Source of the DNA: an uncultured Candidatus Saccharibacteria bacterium
GTDB lineage: Bacteria; Patescibacteriota; Minisyncoccia; GCA-002772825
Direction of reading: 5' to 3'
Length of the DNA stretch: 36,389 bases
NCBI GenBank assembly: GCA_964363045.1
Contig: CAYIGM010000001.1
Span: forward strand, 1 to 36,389
Position numbers and translations under genes: made by a program. Below the pieces are notes generated by a model that saw only the letters and a list, made by a program, of their open reading frames with translations, was not told the DNA's origin and made no database searches. Numbering within the stretch: position 1 is the first letter of the stretch; every line of letters starts with the position of its first letter. Positions 19,139 through 27,054 of this stretch are shown one piece after another.

Positions 19139-20363
19139 AATTTAAAATATCTTCTTTTTTTATAATACTCCCCTCTTCTTCACTGCGTTTTTTTATTTCC
19201 ACTCCGCCGTTTTTCATACTCTTTTCGCTGACGATAATCCTATACGGTATGCCGATAAGGTCGCTGTCGGCAAATTTTTCTCCGACACTTTTATCCGTTC
19301 GCTCATCATATAATACTTCTACTCCGGCTTTTTGCAAACTTTCATATATCTCATCTGAAATATCTTGAAGAGAATCGTTGAGAAGAATCAAATGAACATT
19401 AAAAGGGGCTACTGACGCAGGCCAAATTATGCCGCTTTTATCATTGCAAATTTCAACAATCGTCCCCATAAGTCTTCCTAAACCGATACCGTAACAGCCC
19501 ATCAATACGGAAACATTTTCACCTTTTTCATTTTTATAAGTTAAATCAAAAGCATCGGCAAATCTAGTTTTCAATTCAAAGATATTCCCCACTTCAATGG
19601 CTTTCTCTGTCTTGAAATCAGCTTTCCCGCATTCGGGACAAACTTTTTGTTCATTTATAATCTCGTCATTAACGGCAATCCTGCATTTTCCGCAAACATA
19701 AATCGTATCCTCGCCGGCGGGAGTTACGGTCTGAAATTCATGAGAATATTTTGAAAAACTCCCGCCGGAAGCAAAAGTAAGGTAAGTCTCTCCCCCGATG
19801 CCGGCTTTTTCAAAAATATTCTTATAAGCCAGCTTCATCACTTCATAATATCTTTTAAGGTCTTCTTCATCTTTATGAAAAGAATAAAAATCTTTCATCA
19901 TAAATTCCCGTCCTCGCAAAATGCCAGACTTAGCTCGAAGCTCCATCCTGAACTTATTTTGTATCTGATAAACATAAAGAGGCAAGTCTTTATACGATGA
20001 GACAAACTTTTTAACGAGCGGAACCACAATCTCTTCGTGAGTGGCCCCCAGTGCCGATTCCCGACCGCTTGAGTCGGCCACCTTATAAAGGTCGTCCATT
20101 GTCTCCCACCGGCCGGTCTTCTCCCAATTCTCTTTCGGCTGCATTGAAGGCATCAAAAGCTCCACGCCGCCAACCCTATTCATTTCGTCCCTAATTATAT
20201 TTTCAATTTTTTTTAACACCCGCAAACCCAGAGGAAGGTAGGTATACACACCGGACATAGTTTTGTCTATAAAGCCGGCTCGAATCAAAAAAGAAGCGTT
20301 TCTAGACACCTCATCTTTCGGAGCGTCTTTGATTGTCTTGGTAAAAAGTTTGGATTGCAACAT
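19119..20363 (-). CDS. proS: proline--tRNA ligase, short form without editing domain
   Basis: GVYTYLPLG, LGATHEE, KFRMELRAKSGILRGREFMMKDFYSF, IEVGNIF, MGCYGIG; 414 aa. Confidence 0.96.
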   Translation of the reverse strand: MLQSKLFTKTIKDAPKDEVSRNASFLIRAGFIDKTMSGVYTYLPLGLRVLKKIENIIRDEMNRVGGVELLMPSMQPKENWEKTGRWETMDDLYKVADSSGRESALGATHEEIVVPLVKKFVSSYKDLPLYVYQIQNKFRMELRAKSGILRGREFMMKDFYSFHKDEEDLKRYYEVMKLAYKNIFEKAGIGGETYLTFASGGSFSKYSHEFQTVTPAGEDTIYVCGKCRIAVNDEIINEQKVCPECGKADFKTEKAIEVGNIFELKTRFADAFDLTYKNEKGENVSVLMGCYGIGLGRLMGTIVEICNDKSGIIWPASVAPFNVHLILLNDSLQDISDEIYESLQKAGVEVLYDERTDKSVGEKFADSDLIGIPYRIIVSEKSMKNGGVEIKKRSEEEGSIIKKEDILNYVKKIQ

Positions 20364-20552
20364 TAGAGATAATAATATCCGAAAAACACCCGATAGTCAA
20401 AAAGCGCAACAGTCAGGGCTAATATGTTTTTGGGCTACCGAAATATTTTTTCCCTTGTTTCATCTTGGAGACCTTAATAGATTTCTTGGCTATGAATTGA
20501 GACGGCGTCCTATAGCCGGGTTTGCCTTTTTTCCCGCCCACTTTCGCGTAAT

Positions 20553-20657
20553 TTTTCATTATTTTAAAAAATTTGAGAAATATGATTTTCGTAGGATTTC
20601 CCTTGTGACCGTCCTTAAGAAAATCGTATCTCTCAAATTTTTATATTTTCATTATTT
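20553..20657. mobile_element. MITE/REP-like ~81-bp hairpin flanked by 12-bp direct repeats
   Basis: AAAAATTTGAGAAATATGATTTTC...GAAAATCGTATCTCTCAAATTTTT inverted arms; TTTTCATTATTT at 20553-20564 and 20646-20657. Confidence 0.5.
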
Positions 20658-21735
20658 AAAACAATTTAATAATGTCGTGAAAAGTTATCACCAGCATTAA
20701 CACTATAAGTATGGCGAAGCCCGCTGCATTTACCCATCCGGTGATTTTCGCATTGATAGGCGAACGTTTAATTGATTCTATCAGCAATAGAAAAATTCTT
20801 CCTCCATCCAGAGCCGGAAAGGGGATAATATTTAAAATAGCCAGATTGATGGAAAGAAAAGCGGTAAAACTTAAAAGATATATCAAACCGAATTTAGAAG
20901 CTTCGCCCACCAGACCGATGATTCCTATCGGTCCGCTAATTTGAGAAAGATTCGCCTTGGCGGTAAAAACATCTTTAAAAAATCCGGCCATTCCGACAGC
21001 CGTTGCAACAGTAAGATTTATCGTCATCTTCAATCCTTCATAAACCGCGCGATGCACAGACAATTTGACAATGCCAATCTCATCCATAGCTATGCCTATA
21101 GCCGGGGTATCTCCCAAAACGGCTTCTTGCGGCTTCACAAGCGTTGATGCTTCTTCACCCGCCCTTTTATATGATAATAGGATTTCCCTGTCCCCGCTTG
21201 AAGCGATAAAATTCTGAATATTTTCCGTAGATAATCGGCCAATAATACGCTCCCCATCTTCATAAGCCAAACCAATGATAACGTCTCCGTCCTTAAGGCC
21301 GGCTTTTTCCGCCGGAGAATCTTTCTTAACATCTAAAATCAACACCTTCGCGTCTTTTATACCTGCTCCTTCCGGAGCGCCGCCCACGCTCGCGGGAAAA
21401 CCGGCGGTAAAACCTATCGTTATAAGAGACCAGGCTAAAAGCAGGTTAAAGAAAACTCCGGCGGCAATTACCGCAATTTTGACATAGACCGGCTTATCAA
21501 CGAAACTCCTCGGTCCGCTTTCGTTATCTTCTCCGAAGATTTTTACAAAACCGCCGAAAGGGATAAGATTTATAGAATAAACAGTCTCCCCTCTCTTAAT
21601 CTTAAAAAGACGCGGCGGAAAACCGATGCCAAACTCATCCACTCTTATGCCGGATTTCTTAGCGGCGATAAAATGCCCGAATTCATGGACAAATACCAAA
21701 ACTCCCAATACGATAAAAAATAATAAAATACTCAT
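20656..21735 (-). CDS. rseP: RIP metalloprotease RseP (site-2 protease with PDZ)
   Basis: HEFGH, FGIGFPP, IPFGGFV, PDZ SPAEKAGLKDGD, NIIPFPALDGG. Confidence 0.96.
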   Translation of the reverse strand: MSILLFFIVLGVLVFVHEFGHFIAAKKSGIRVDEFGIGFPPRLFKIKRGETVYSINLIPFGGFVKIFGEDNESGPRSFVDKPVYVKIAVIAAGVFFNLLLAWSLITIGFTAGFPASVGGAPEGAGIKDAKVLILDVKKDSPAEKAGLKDGDVIIGLAYEDGERIIGRLSTENIQNFIASSGDREILLSYKRAGEEASTLVKPQEAVLGDTPAIGIAMDEIGIVKLSVHRAVYEGLKMTINLTVATAVGMAGFFKDVFTAKANLSQISGPIGIIGLVGEASKFGLIYLLSFTAFLSINLAILNIIPFPALDGGRIFLLLIESIKRSPINAKITGWVNAAGFAILIVLMLVITFHDIIKLF

Positions 21736-21756
21736 AGAATAATTTTCAATTAACAC

Positions 21757-22308
21757 CTACCCTCTTATCTCTATCTCCTTCTTTAAAGCTATTTCTTCAA
21801 GAGCTTTGTTTCCTTCATCAATAATCTTCTGAAGTTCGTCTTTCAATCTGAATTTATCATCCTCTGATATTTCGCCGCTTTTCTCATCTTTCTGTATCTT
21901 GCTCCAAACTTCATCCCTCTCTTTTTTCAGTGATATTCTCGCTTCTTCAAGTTTAGCCTTAATAATTTTATTCAACATTTCCCTCCTGTCGGCAGTCAAT
22001 TCCGGAAAAGAGATTCTTATGCCGTCATTTGAAGCCGAAGGATTTATGCCAAGATTTGAAGAAAGTATCGCGCCCTCTATCGCCTGCATCAAACTTTGGT
22101 CCCAAGGCTTTATTAAAATAGTCTTCGCGTCTTCCACGCTAATAGCCGCCACATTCTTTATCGGCTGTTTAGCGCCGTAAGACTCCACAAAAATACCGTC
22201 CAAGATAGCCGGCGTGGCGCGCCCGGTCCGCAGACCGGAAAATTCTTTCCTAAGCCATTCGGCTATCTCCTCTTTTCTCTTTTTAAGATTGGAAAAATCA
22301 TAAGCCAT
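21757..22308 (-). CDS. frr: ribosome recycling factor
   Basis: LRTGRATP, FPELTADRR, ISEDD. Confidence 0.98.
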   Translation of the reverse strand: MAYDFSNLKKRKEEIAEWLRKEFSGLRTGRATPAILDGIFVESYGAKQPIKNVAAISVEDAKTILIKPWDQSLMQAIEGAILSSNLGINPSASNDGIRISFPELTADRREMLNKIIKAKLEEARISLKKERDEVWSKIQKDEKSGEISEDDKFRLKDELQKIIDEGNKALEEIALKKEIEIRG

Positions 22309-22406
22309 ATTAAAAATTATTATATATTATTTTTTCATAATAAAAAAGTCTTTCAATGCGCGGTTGGGTCAAAATCAAAAATCTTTTGGAATTGAGGATC
22401 AAAATC

Positions 22407-23474
22407 CTATATCCTAAACTCAATCACATCGCCATCTTTAACCACATATTCTTTTCCCTCCGTCCTTAAAAGACCTTTCTCGCGCGCGGCCGCGTAGGAG
22501 CCGGCGTTAAGCATGTCTTGCCAATTGATGACATCGGCTCTTATGAACTTCTCTTTAAAATCAGTATGGATAGCGGTTCCCGCTTCCGGAGCGGTAGAGC
22601 CATTCTTTATAATCCACGCGCGCGTCTCCTCCGGCCCGGTGGTAAAATAATTCATCAACCCGAGCAGACTGTAAGATTCTTTTATAAGATTATCCAGACC
22701 GCTCTCCACCTCAAGCTCTTTCATCTCCTCTTTCGTCATACCGCTTAATTCTTCTTCAAGTTTAATGTCTAAAACGACATACTTCTTGACTTTCAGTTCT
22801 TCGGGGATCTCCGAAGAATTAGAAGTATTGTAGATATACAATACCGGCTTCATGGTTAGAAGATGAAGGTCTTTCACCAATTCCGCTTCCACATCCTCAA
22901 GTTTACTCTCACGAGTCGGCCCGCCCGCAAAAGCATCTCGGGCAGGCTTGCCGTTCTCCAGAGTCGCCCTCACTTTCTCTATGACATTCATCTGCTTTAT
23001 AGCCTCTTTGTCCTGCATTTTCACCTCGCGCTTCAGCTTGTCAGCTCTCTTAGTGACTGTCTCCAAATCCGCAAGCACCAACTCCGTTTCAATAATCTCA
23101 ATATCATTCAGAGGGTCTATCTTATTGTGCACATGAACAATATTGTCGTTTCTGAAGACACGCACCACTTGAGCGATAGCATCCACCTCTCGGATGTGCG
23201 AGAGAAATTTATTTCCCAAACCTTCGCCCTCGGCCGCGCCCTTCACTAGTCCGGCAATATCCACAAACTCCATAGCCGCCGGAATAGTTTTAACTGACTT
23301 TGAAAAACGGCTTAATTGACTAAGCCGTTCATCCGGCACTGCCACTACGCCAACCGAAGGGTCAATGGTGCAAAAAGGATAATTCTCTGCCGGAACCGCC
23401 TTTTTCGTCAAAGCGTTAAAAAGCGTGGATTTCCCCACATTCGGCAGACCGACAATTCCCACAGATAATGACAT
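22407..23474 (-). CDS. ychF: Obg-family ATPase YchF
   Basis: [47 protein letters not shown]; ATG 23474 preferred. Confidence 0.98.
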   Translation of the reverse strand: MSLSVGIVGLPNVGKSTLFNALTKKAVPAENYPFCTIDPSVGVVAVPDERLSQLSRFSKSVKTIPAAMEFVDIAGLVKGAAEGEGLGNKFLSHIREVDAIAQVVRVFRNDNIVHVHNKIDPLNDIEIIETELVLADLETVTKRADKLKREVKMQDKEAIKQMNVIEKVRATLENGKPARDAFAGGPTRESKLEDVEAELVKDLHLLTMKPVLYIYNTSNSSEIPEELKVKKYVVLDIKLEEELSGMTKEEMKELEVESGLDNLIKESYSLLGLMNYFTTGPEETRAWIIKNGSTAPEAGTAIHTDFKEKFIRADVINWQDMLNAGSYAAAREKGLLRTEGKEYVVKDGDVIEFRI

Positions 23475-23515
23475 TCCTAATAATCTAACAGCTTTCAATA
23501 AAAATAAAAAGACAC

Positions 23516-24940
23516 TTAAATCACTTGCACCAAAATCAGATTAGTCGTGCCGGAAACGCCAAAGGGAATGCCGGCGGAAATCACAATCTTATCCCCCTTT
23601 TTTACAAGTCCGGTTTTCATCGCCTCTTTTTTGGCGATATCTATCATACCGTCATGATTTTTTATATTATTTATTTTTTTTGAAAAGGTGCCGAAACCCA
23701 GCGCCATCATATTGAGAATTTTCTCATCGTGAGTCAAGGCCAATACCGGTTGTTTCGGCCTCCACCTTGAAATCATTCTCGCTGTAAATCCGGAATTGGT
23801 AAAAGCCACAATGAGCTTGGCATCAAGCCGATACGCCGTCTGGCACGCCGACGCGCTGATAGAATCCACTACCGAAAGATTTATACCGTCATTTATGGAT
23901 TTTAAAACCTGTTCGTAAGGAAAAAATTTCTCCGTATGCCGGCAGACTGAAGCCATAGTCTCAATCGCTTCAACCGGATAAGCGCCGAGGGTTGTCTCTT
24001 CAGAGAGCATTATCGCGTCCGTGCCATCAAGCACGGCATTGGCAATATCGCTTACTTCCGCTCTGGTAGGCCGAGGATTTTTTATCATTGACTCAAGCAT
24101 TTGAGTCGCCGTAATAACCGGCTTTCCCTTCTCATTGCATTTTTTGATTATCCTCTTTTGAATAAGCGGGACCTCTTCCATCGGCAATTCAATGCCAAGG
24201 TCGCCACGCGCCACCATCACTCCGTAAGCCGAGTCAATTATTTCATCTAGATTGGAGATGGCCTCTTTTGTTTCAATCTTGGCGATAATTTTCGCCGATG
24301 ACCCATTTTTCTTGATAATCTTTTTAAGAATTTCCACATCTTCTGCTTTTCGCACGAAAGAAAGCGCGATAAAATCAACTTTATTTTTCAAAACAAAATC
24401 CAAATCTTTTTTATCTTTTGATGTAAGAGCGGAAATATCAACCGAAACACCTGGAAGATTCACCCCTTTCTTTGACTTTAATTCTCCTCCGATAATCACG
24501 CGGCAAATTATTTCGCCTCCCGAAACTTCCTCCACCTTAAGCTTTTTGGAACCGTCTTCCAGCATTATAAAATCGCCATTTTTTATTTTATCCGGCAAAT
24601 CTTTGCAATTGATGAAAACCTTATTTTCATCCCCCATTATATCTTTGACAGTGAGCGTGAATTTCGCCCCTTTCTTTAGAAATATCTTGCCGTCTTTAAA
24701 TTCTCCTATTCTGATTTTCGGGCCGGAAAGGTCGGCCAAAACAGCCATCGGCTTGCCGAGCTTTTTTGAAATTTTACGGACAAGATTTATCCTGGCAAGA
24801 TGCTCAGCGTGATTGCCATGAGAGAAATTGAGGCGCGCAACATTAAGCCCGGCCATGGCCATTTTTAAAAGCATCTCTTCATTTTCACTGACGGGACCGA
24901 TAGTCGCCACGATTTTAGTTTTCTTCGCGTTTATCAACAT
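23516..24940 (-). CDS. pyk: pyruvate kinase
   Basis: TKIVATIGP, ARLNFSHG, IIAKIE, MVARGDLG, ATQMLESM, PTRAEVSD. Confidence 0.98.
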   Translation of the reverse strand: MLINAKKTKIVATIGPVSENEEMLLKMAMAGLNVARLNFSHGNHAEHLARINLVRKISKKLGKPMAVLADLSGPKIRIGEFKDGKIFLKKGAKFTLTVKDIMGDENKVFINCKDLPDKIKNGDFIMLEDGSKKLKVEEVSGGEIICRVIIGGELKSKKGVNLPGVSVDISALTSKDKKDLDFVLKNKVDFIALSFVRKAEDVEILKKIIKKNGSSAKIIAKIETKEAISNLDEIIDSAYGVMVARGDLGIELPMEEVPLIQKRIIKKCNEKGKPVITATQMLESMIKNPRPTRAEVSDIANAVLDGTDAIMLSEETTLGAYPVEAIETMASVCRHTEKFFPYEQVLKSINDGINLSVVDSISASACQTAYRLDAKLIVAFTNSGFTARMISRWRPKQPVLALTHDEKILNMMALGFGTFSKKINNIKNHDGMIDIAKKEAMKTGLVKKGDKIVISAGIPFGVSGTTNLILVQVI

Positions 24941-25093
24941 AGACTATAAGCTTATATTTTATATTTTATTTTGCAAATTTTATAAACGCAAATATGTGAA
25001 TAAGGCAAATTCATCGGCTGGCAAAGATTATCAAAATATGTTTCTATAATATCAGAAAGCTGTTCCATTAAAAATATCAAAGGAGGCGCGGAA

Positions 25094-25609
25094 ATGAAAA
25101 AATCCATTATAGTCTTAATTACACTTTTGATTATGTTTATGGTTGCCACAAGCGTCGGGGCAGAAAACGAAAAGAAAGAAAAAGAAGATATGTTCATAAT
25201 CATCGCGCAAGACGAATTCAAGGGCGAACCATCCGTTGAATGCCGAATGAACATATCCGAACATGGCCGGCGATTAGTTATAAATTCATATTCAGGAGAG
25301 CATAAAGAAGACCAGTTGATTCAAACAATAATCCTTTCAAAAAGCGGCGGGAAAGGAACAATCATCTCTTACCATAACAAAGAAAAAGACCGGGCTTCTG
25401 TGGAAACATACAATATCTTTGAAAACTGGTGCCTTCCTTATTTCAAAGAGGGACCGGCGCCGGAAGAGATAAAAGAATTTATAGATCTTTTTTACAATCA
25501 CAATGATAAGCCAAAATTAAAAGCGGTCCTGCAGGACTCAAAAGACCCAACACCTGACAGACAAGAAAAGAGTGAGGATTTGACGCTCACCGGGCAATTT
25601 GAAATATAA
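25094..25609 (+). CDS. hypothetical secreted protein
   Basis: AGGAGG SD, MKK signal peptide ending VGA, downstream terminator. Confidence 0.8.
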   Translation: MKKSIIVLITLLIMFMVATSVGAENEKKEKEDMFIIIAQDEFKGEPSVECRMNISEHGRRLVINSYSGEHKEDQLIQTIILSKSGGKGTIISYHNKEKDRASVETYNIFENWCLPYFKEGPAPEEIKEFIDLFYNHNDKPKLKAVLQDSKDPTPDRQEKSEDLTLTGQFEI

Positions 25610-25643
25610 AACTAGAACTCATCTTTTTTCTTAACCTTTTTTA

Positions 25644-25670
25644 AAAACCCCGGAAACTATCCGGGGTTTT
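25644..25670 (+). terminator. intrinsic terminator (possibly bidirectional)
   Basis: AAAACCCCGGA-AACTA-TCCGGGGTTTT. Confidence 0.8.
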
Positions 25671-25682
25671 ATATTTGCGCGC

Positions 25683-25707
25683 TATGTCAACCTGCCACGT
25701 TGACATA
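25683..25707. repeat. left 25-bp palindromic site (recombination-site- or REP-like)
   Basis: TATGTCAAC-CTGCCAC-GTTGACATA; inverted copy at 26504-26528. Confidence 0.9.
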
Positions 25708-25720
25708 TTACCCCCAGCTA

Positions 25721-25749
25721 TTGACATTTATAGCGCAATCTGCTAACCT
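25721..25749 (+). promoter_or_regulatory. sigma70-type promoter of the beta-barrel gene
   Basis: TTGACA-17 nt-TAACCT with extended TGn. Confidence 0.7.
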
Positions 25750-25835
25750 ATTTTAAGATTTAAATTTGAATATAAAAAAGATTGGCGCATTGAGCGCACA
25801 GTTCTTAACAATCAAGCAAAAATAAGGAGGCGCAA

Positions 25836-26429
25836 ATGAAAAAACTGTCTATTCTGTTTTTTATCGCGATTTTTCTTGTCGCGGGCGGGGTGATGTTTTA
25901 CCCCGGCTCGGCAGGGGCCGAGACCTTCCTTTCTGCTGGCATCGGGGCCGAGCAGATAACATTCAGCAACTGCAGTGGGGACTGCGATTTGCTTAAAAAC
26001 AACTCGGAGGCGGTCATCAGTCTCCGGATGGGCAAGTACTGGAACAGACCACTGGCGATACTGCCGGTGGACATAGGGGTGGCGGGAACCATAAGTCAAA
26101 CCGGTCACATGCACGTGGACAACAAAGGCATAGACGAGCGGACCGGCGACATCTCATTACTCCTCCGGTACCGTTTAGAAAAGTTCTCGCTCTACGGCGG
26201 GTACGGAGTCGGCAGTGTGATTACAGCCACCAATCTCGGAGACTGCAACCACGGCGCCCGCTTCCTAACCGCGGGGGTAGAGGGGAAAGTATCGCCACAA
26301 TCGGCGACATGGTACATGGAGTACCGTCAATACGGTACTCACCATGACTTTATGGAGGGCGCGAGTGAGGAGATAACCACTCGCGAACACGTGAAGTCCA
26401 TGACCGCGGGTGTCAGGTATACTTTTTAA
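25836..26429 (+). CDS. outer-membrane beta-barrel-like protein (8-stranded OmpA/OmpX-type)
   Basis: signal peptide (AGA), alternating amphipathic strands, YGGYGVG, C-terminal AGVRYTF beta-signal; TAAGGAGG SD. Confidence 0.75.
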   Translation: MKKLSILFFIAIFLVAGGVMFYPGSAGAETFLSAGIGAEQITFSNCSGDCDLLKNNSEAVISLRMGKYWNRPLAILPVDIGVAGTISQTGHMHVDNKGIDERTGDISLLLRYRLEKFSLYGGYGVGSVITATNLGDCNHGARFLTAGVEGKVSPQSATWYMEYRQYGTHHDFMEGASEEITTREHVKSMTAGVRYTF

Positions 26430-26448
26430 CCCGCGATACTGACGCTTC

Positions 26449-26488
26449 AGCGCCGCTATATGTGGTAAACATATAGCGGCGCTTTTTT
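26449..26488 (+). terminator. intrinsic terminator
   Basis: AGCGCCGCTATATGT-GGTAA-ACATATAGCGGCGCT-TTTTT. Confidence 0.9.
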
Positions 26489-26503
26489 ATTATCCCAACA
26501 CAT

Positions 26504-26528
26504 TATGTCAACGTGGCAGGTTGACACA
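26504..26528. repeat. right 25-bp palindromic site, inverted relative to the left site
   Basis: TATGTCAAC-GTGGCAG-GTTGACACA; 24/25 match to the reverse complement of 25683-25707. Confidence 0.9.
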
Positions 26529-26533
26529 AGTAG

Positions 26534-26561
26534 TTGCATTTGAATAAAAATAAGGTAGAAT
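26534..26561 (+). promoter_or_regulatory. probable tRNA promoter
   Basis: TTGCAT-16 nt-TAGAAT upstream of tRNA-Ala. Confidence 0.55.
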
Positions 26562-26585
26562 ATTTTAATAAGCCAGCTAGCGTGC

Positions 26586-26661
26586 GGGCCGGTAGCTCAT
26601 CTGGTAGAGCGCCTCATTTGCACTGAGGAGGTGGCGGGTTCGAGTCCTGTCCGGTCCACCA
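26586..26661 (+). tRNA. tRNA-Ala (anticodon UGC)
   Basis: 76-nt cloverleaf; acceptor GGGCCGG/CCGGTCC with G3:U70; anticodon arm CCTCA-TTTGCAC-TGAGG; TTCGAGT T-loop; encoded CCA. Confidence 0.98.
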
Positions 26662-26712
26662 TTAAACCGATATTTATTATTAGCAATTTTATTAACATAA
26701 TCAAAAAAATAT

Positions 26713-27021
26713 ATGAACGAGAACAAAACACAAAATACATTAATCTGGATTATTCTGGCCATCAATGCCTTAACTCTTATTTTGATAATAACCCTAACCA
26801 TTGTCGGCTGGAACGCTATCACCCAAAAAACCGACCAATTGGACGGGGTGACAAAAGAAGAACTCCCGGCTCAGCAGCAAGCCCAAAAAACGCAAAAAGC
26901 GCCGACTGGCACCGAACAGCAATCTCCTGAAAATAAAACGACTCACGGCCAATGCGGCGACAGTGTTTGCGATACCGTTGAAAAAGCCAATTCCGGCATC
27001 TGTCCGCAAGACTGCAAATAA
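26713..27021 (+). CDS. small membrane-anchored protein with a C-terminal 4-Cys module
   Basis: N-terminal TM, Q/T-rich linker, CGDSVCDTVEKANSGICPQDCK. Confidence 0.85.
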   Translation: MNENKTQNTLIWIILAINALTLILIITLTIVGWNAITQKTDQLDGVTKEELPAQQQAQKTQKAPTGTEQQSPENKTTHGQCGDSVCDTVEKANSGICPQDCK

Positions 27022-27054
27022 ATAATAAGTATCATTAAAAATTAAATATTTTTT

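Noticed and set aside
20400-20560. Short Lys-rich minus-strand ORFs (23 and 14 aa) upstream of proS, and the 145-aa plus-strand ORF 20263-20700
   Set aside because: No SD, homology or motif support; the long ORF runs antisense into proS and rseP.
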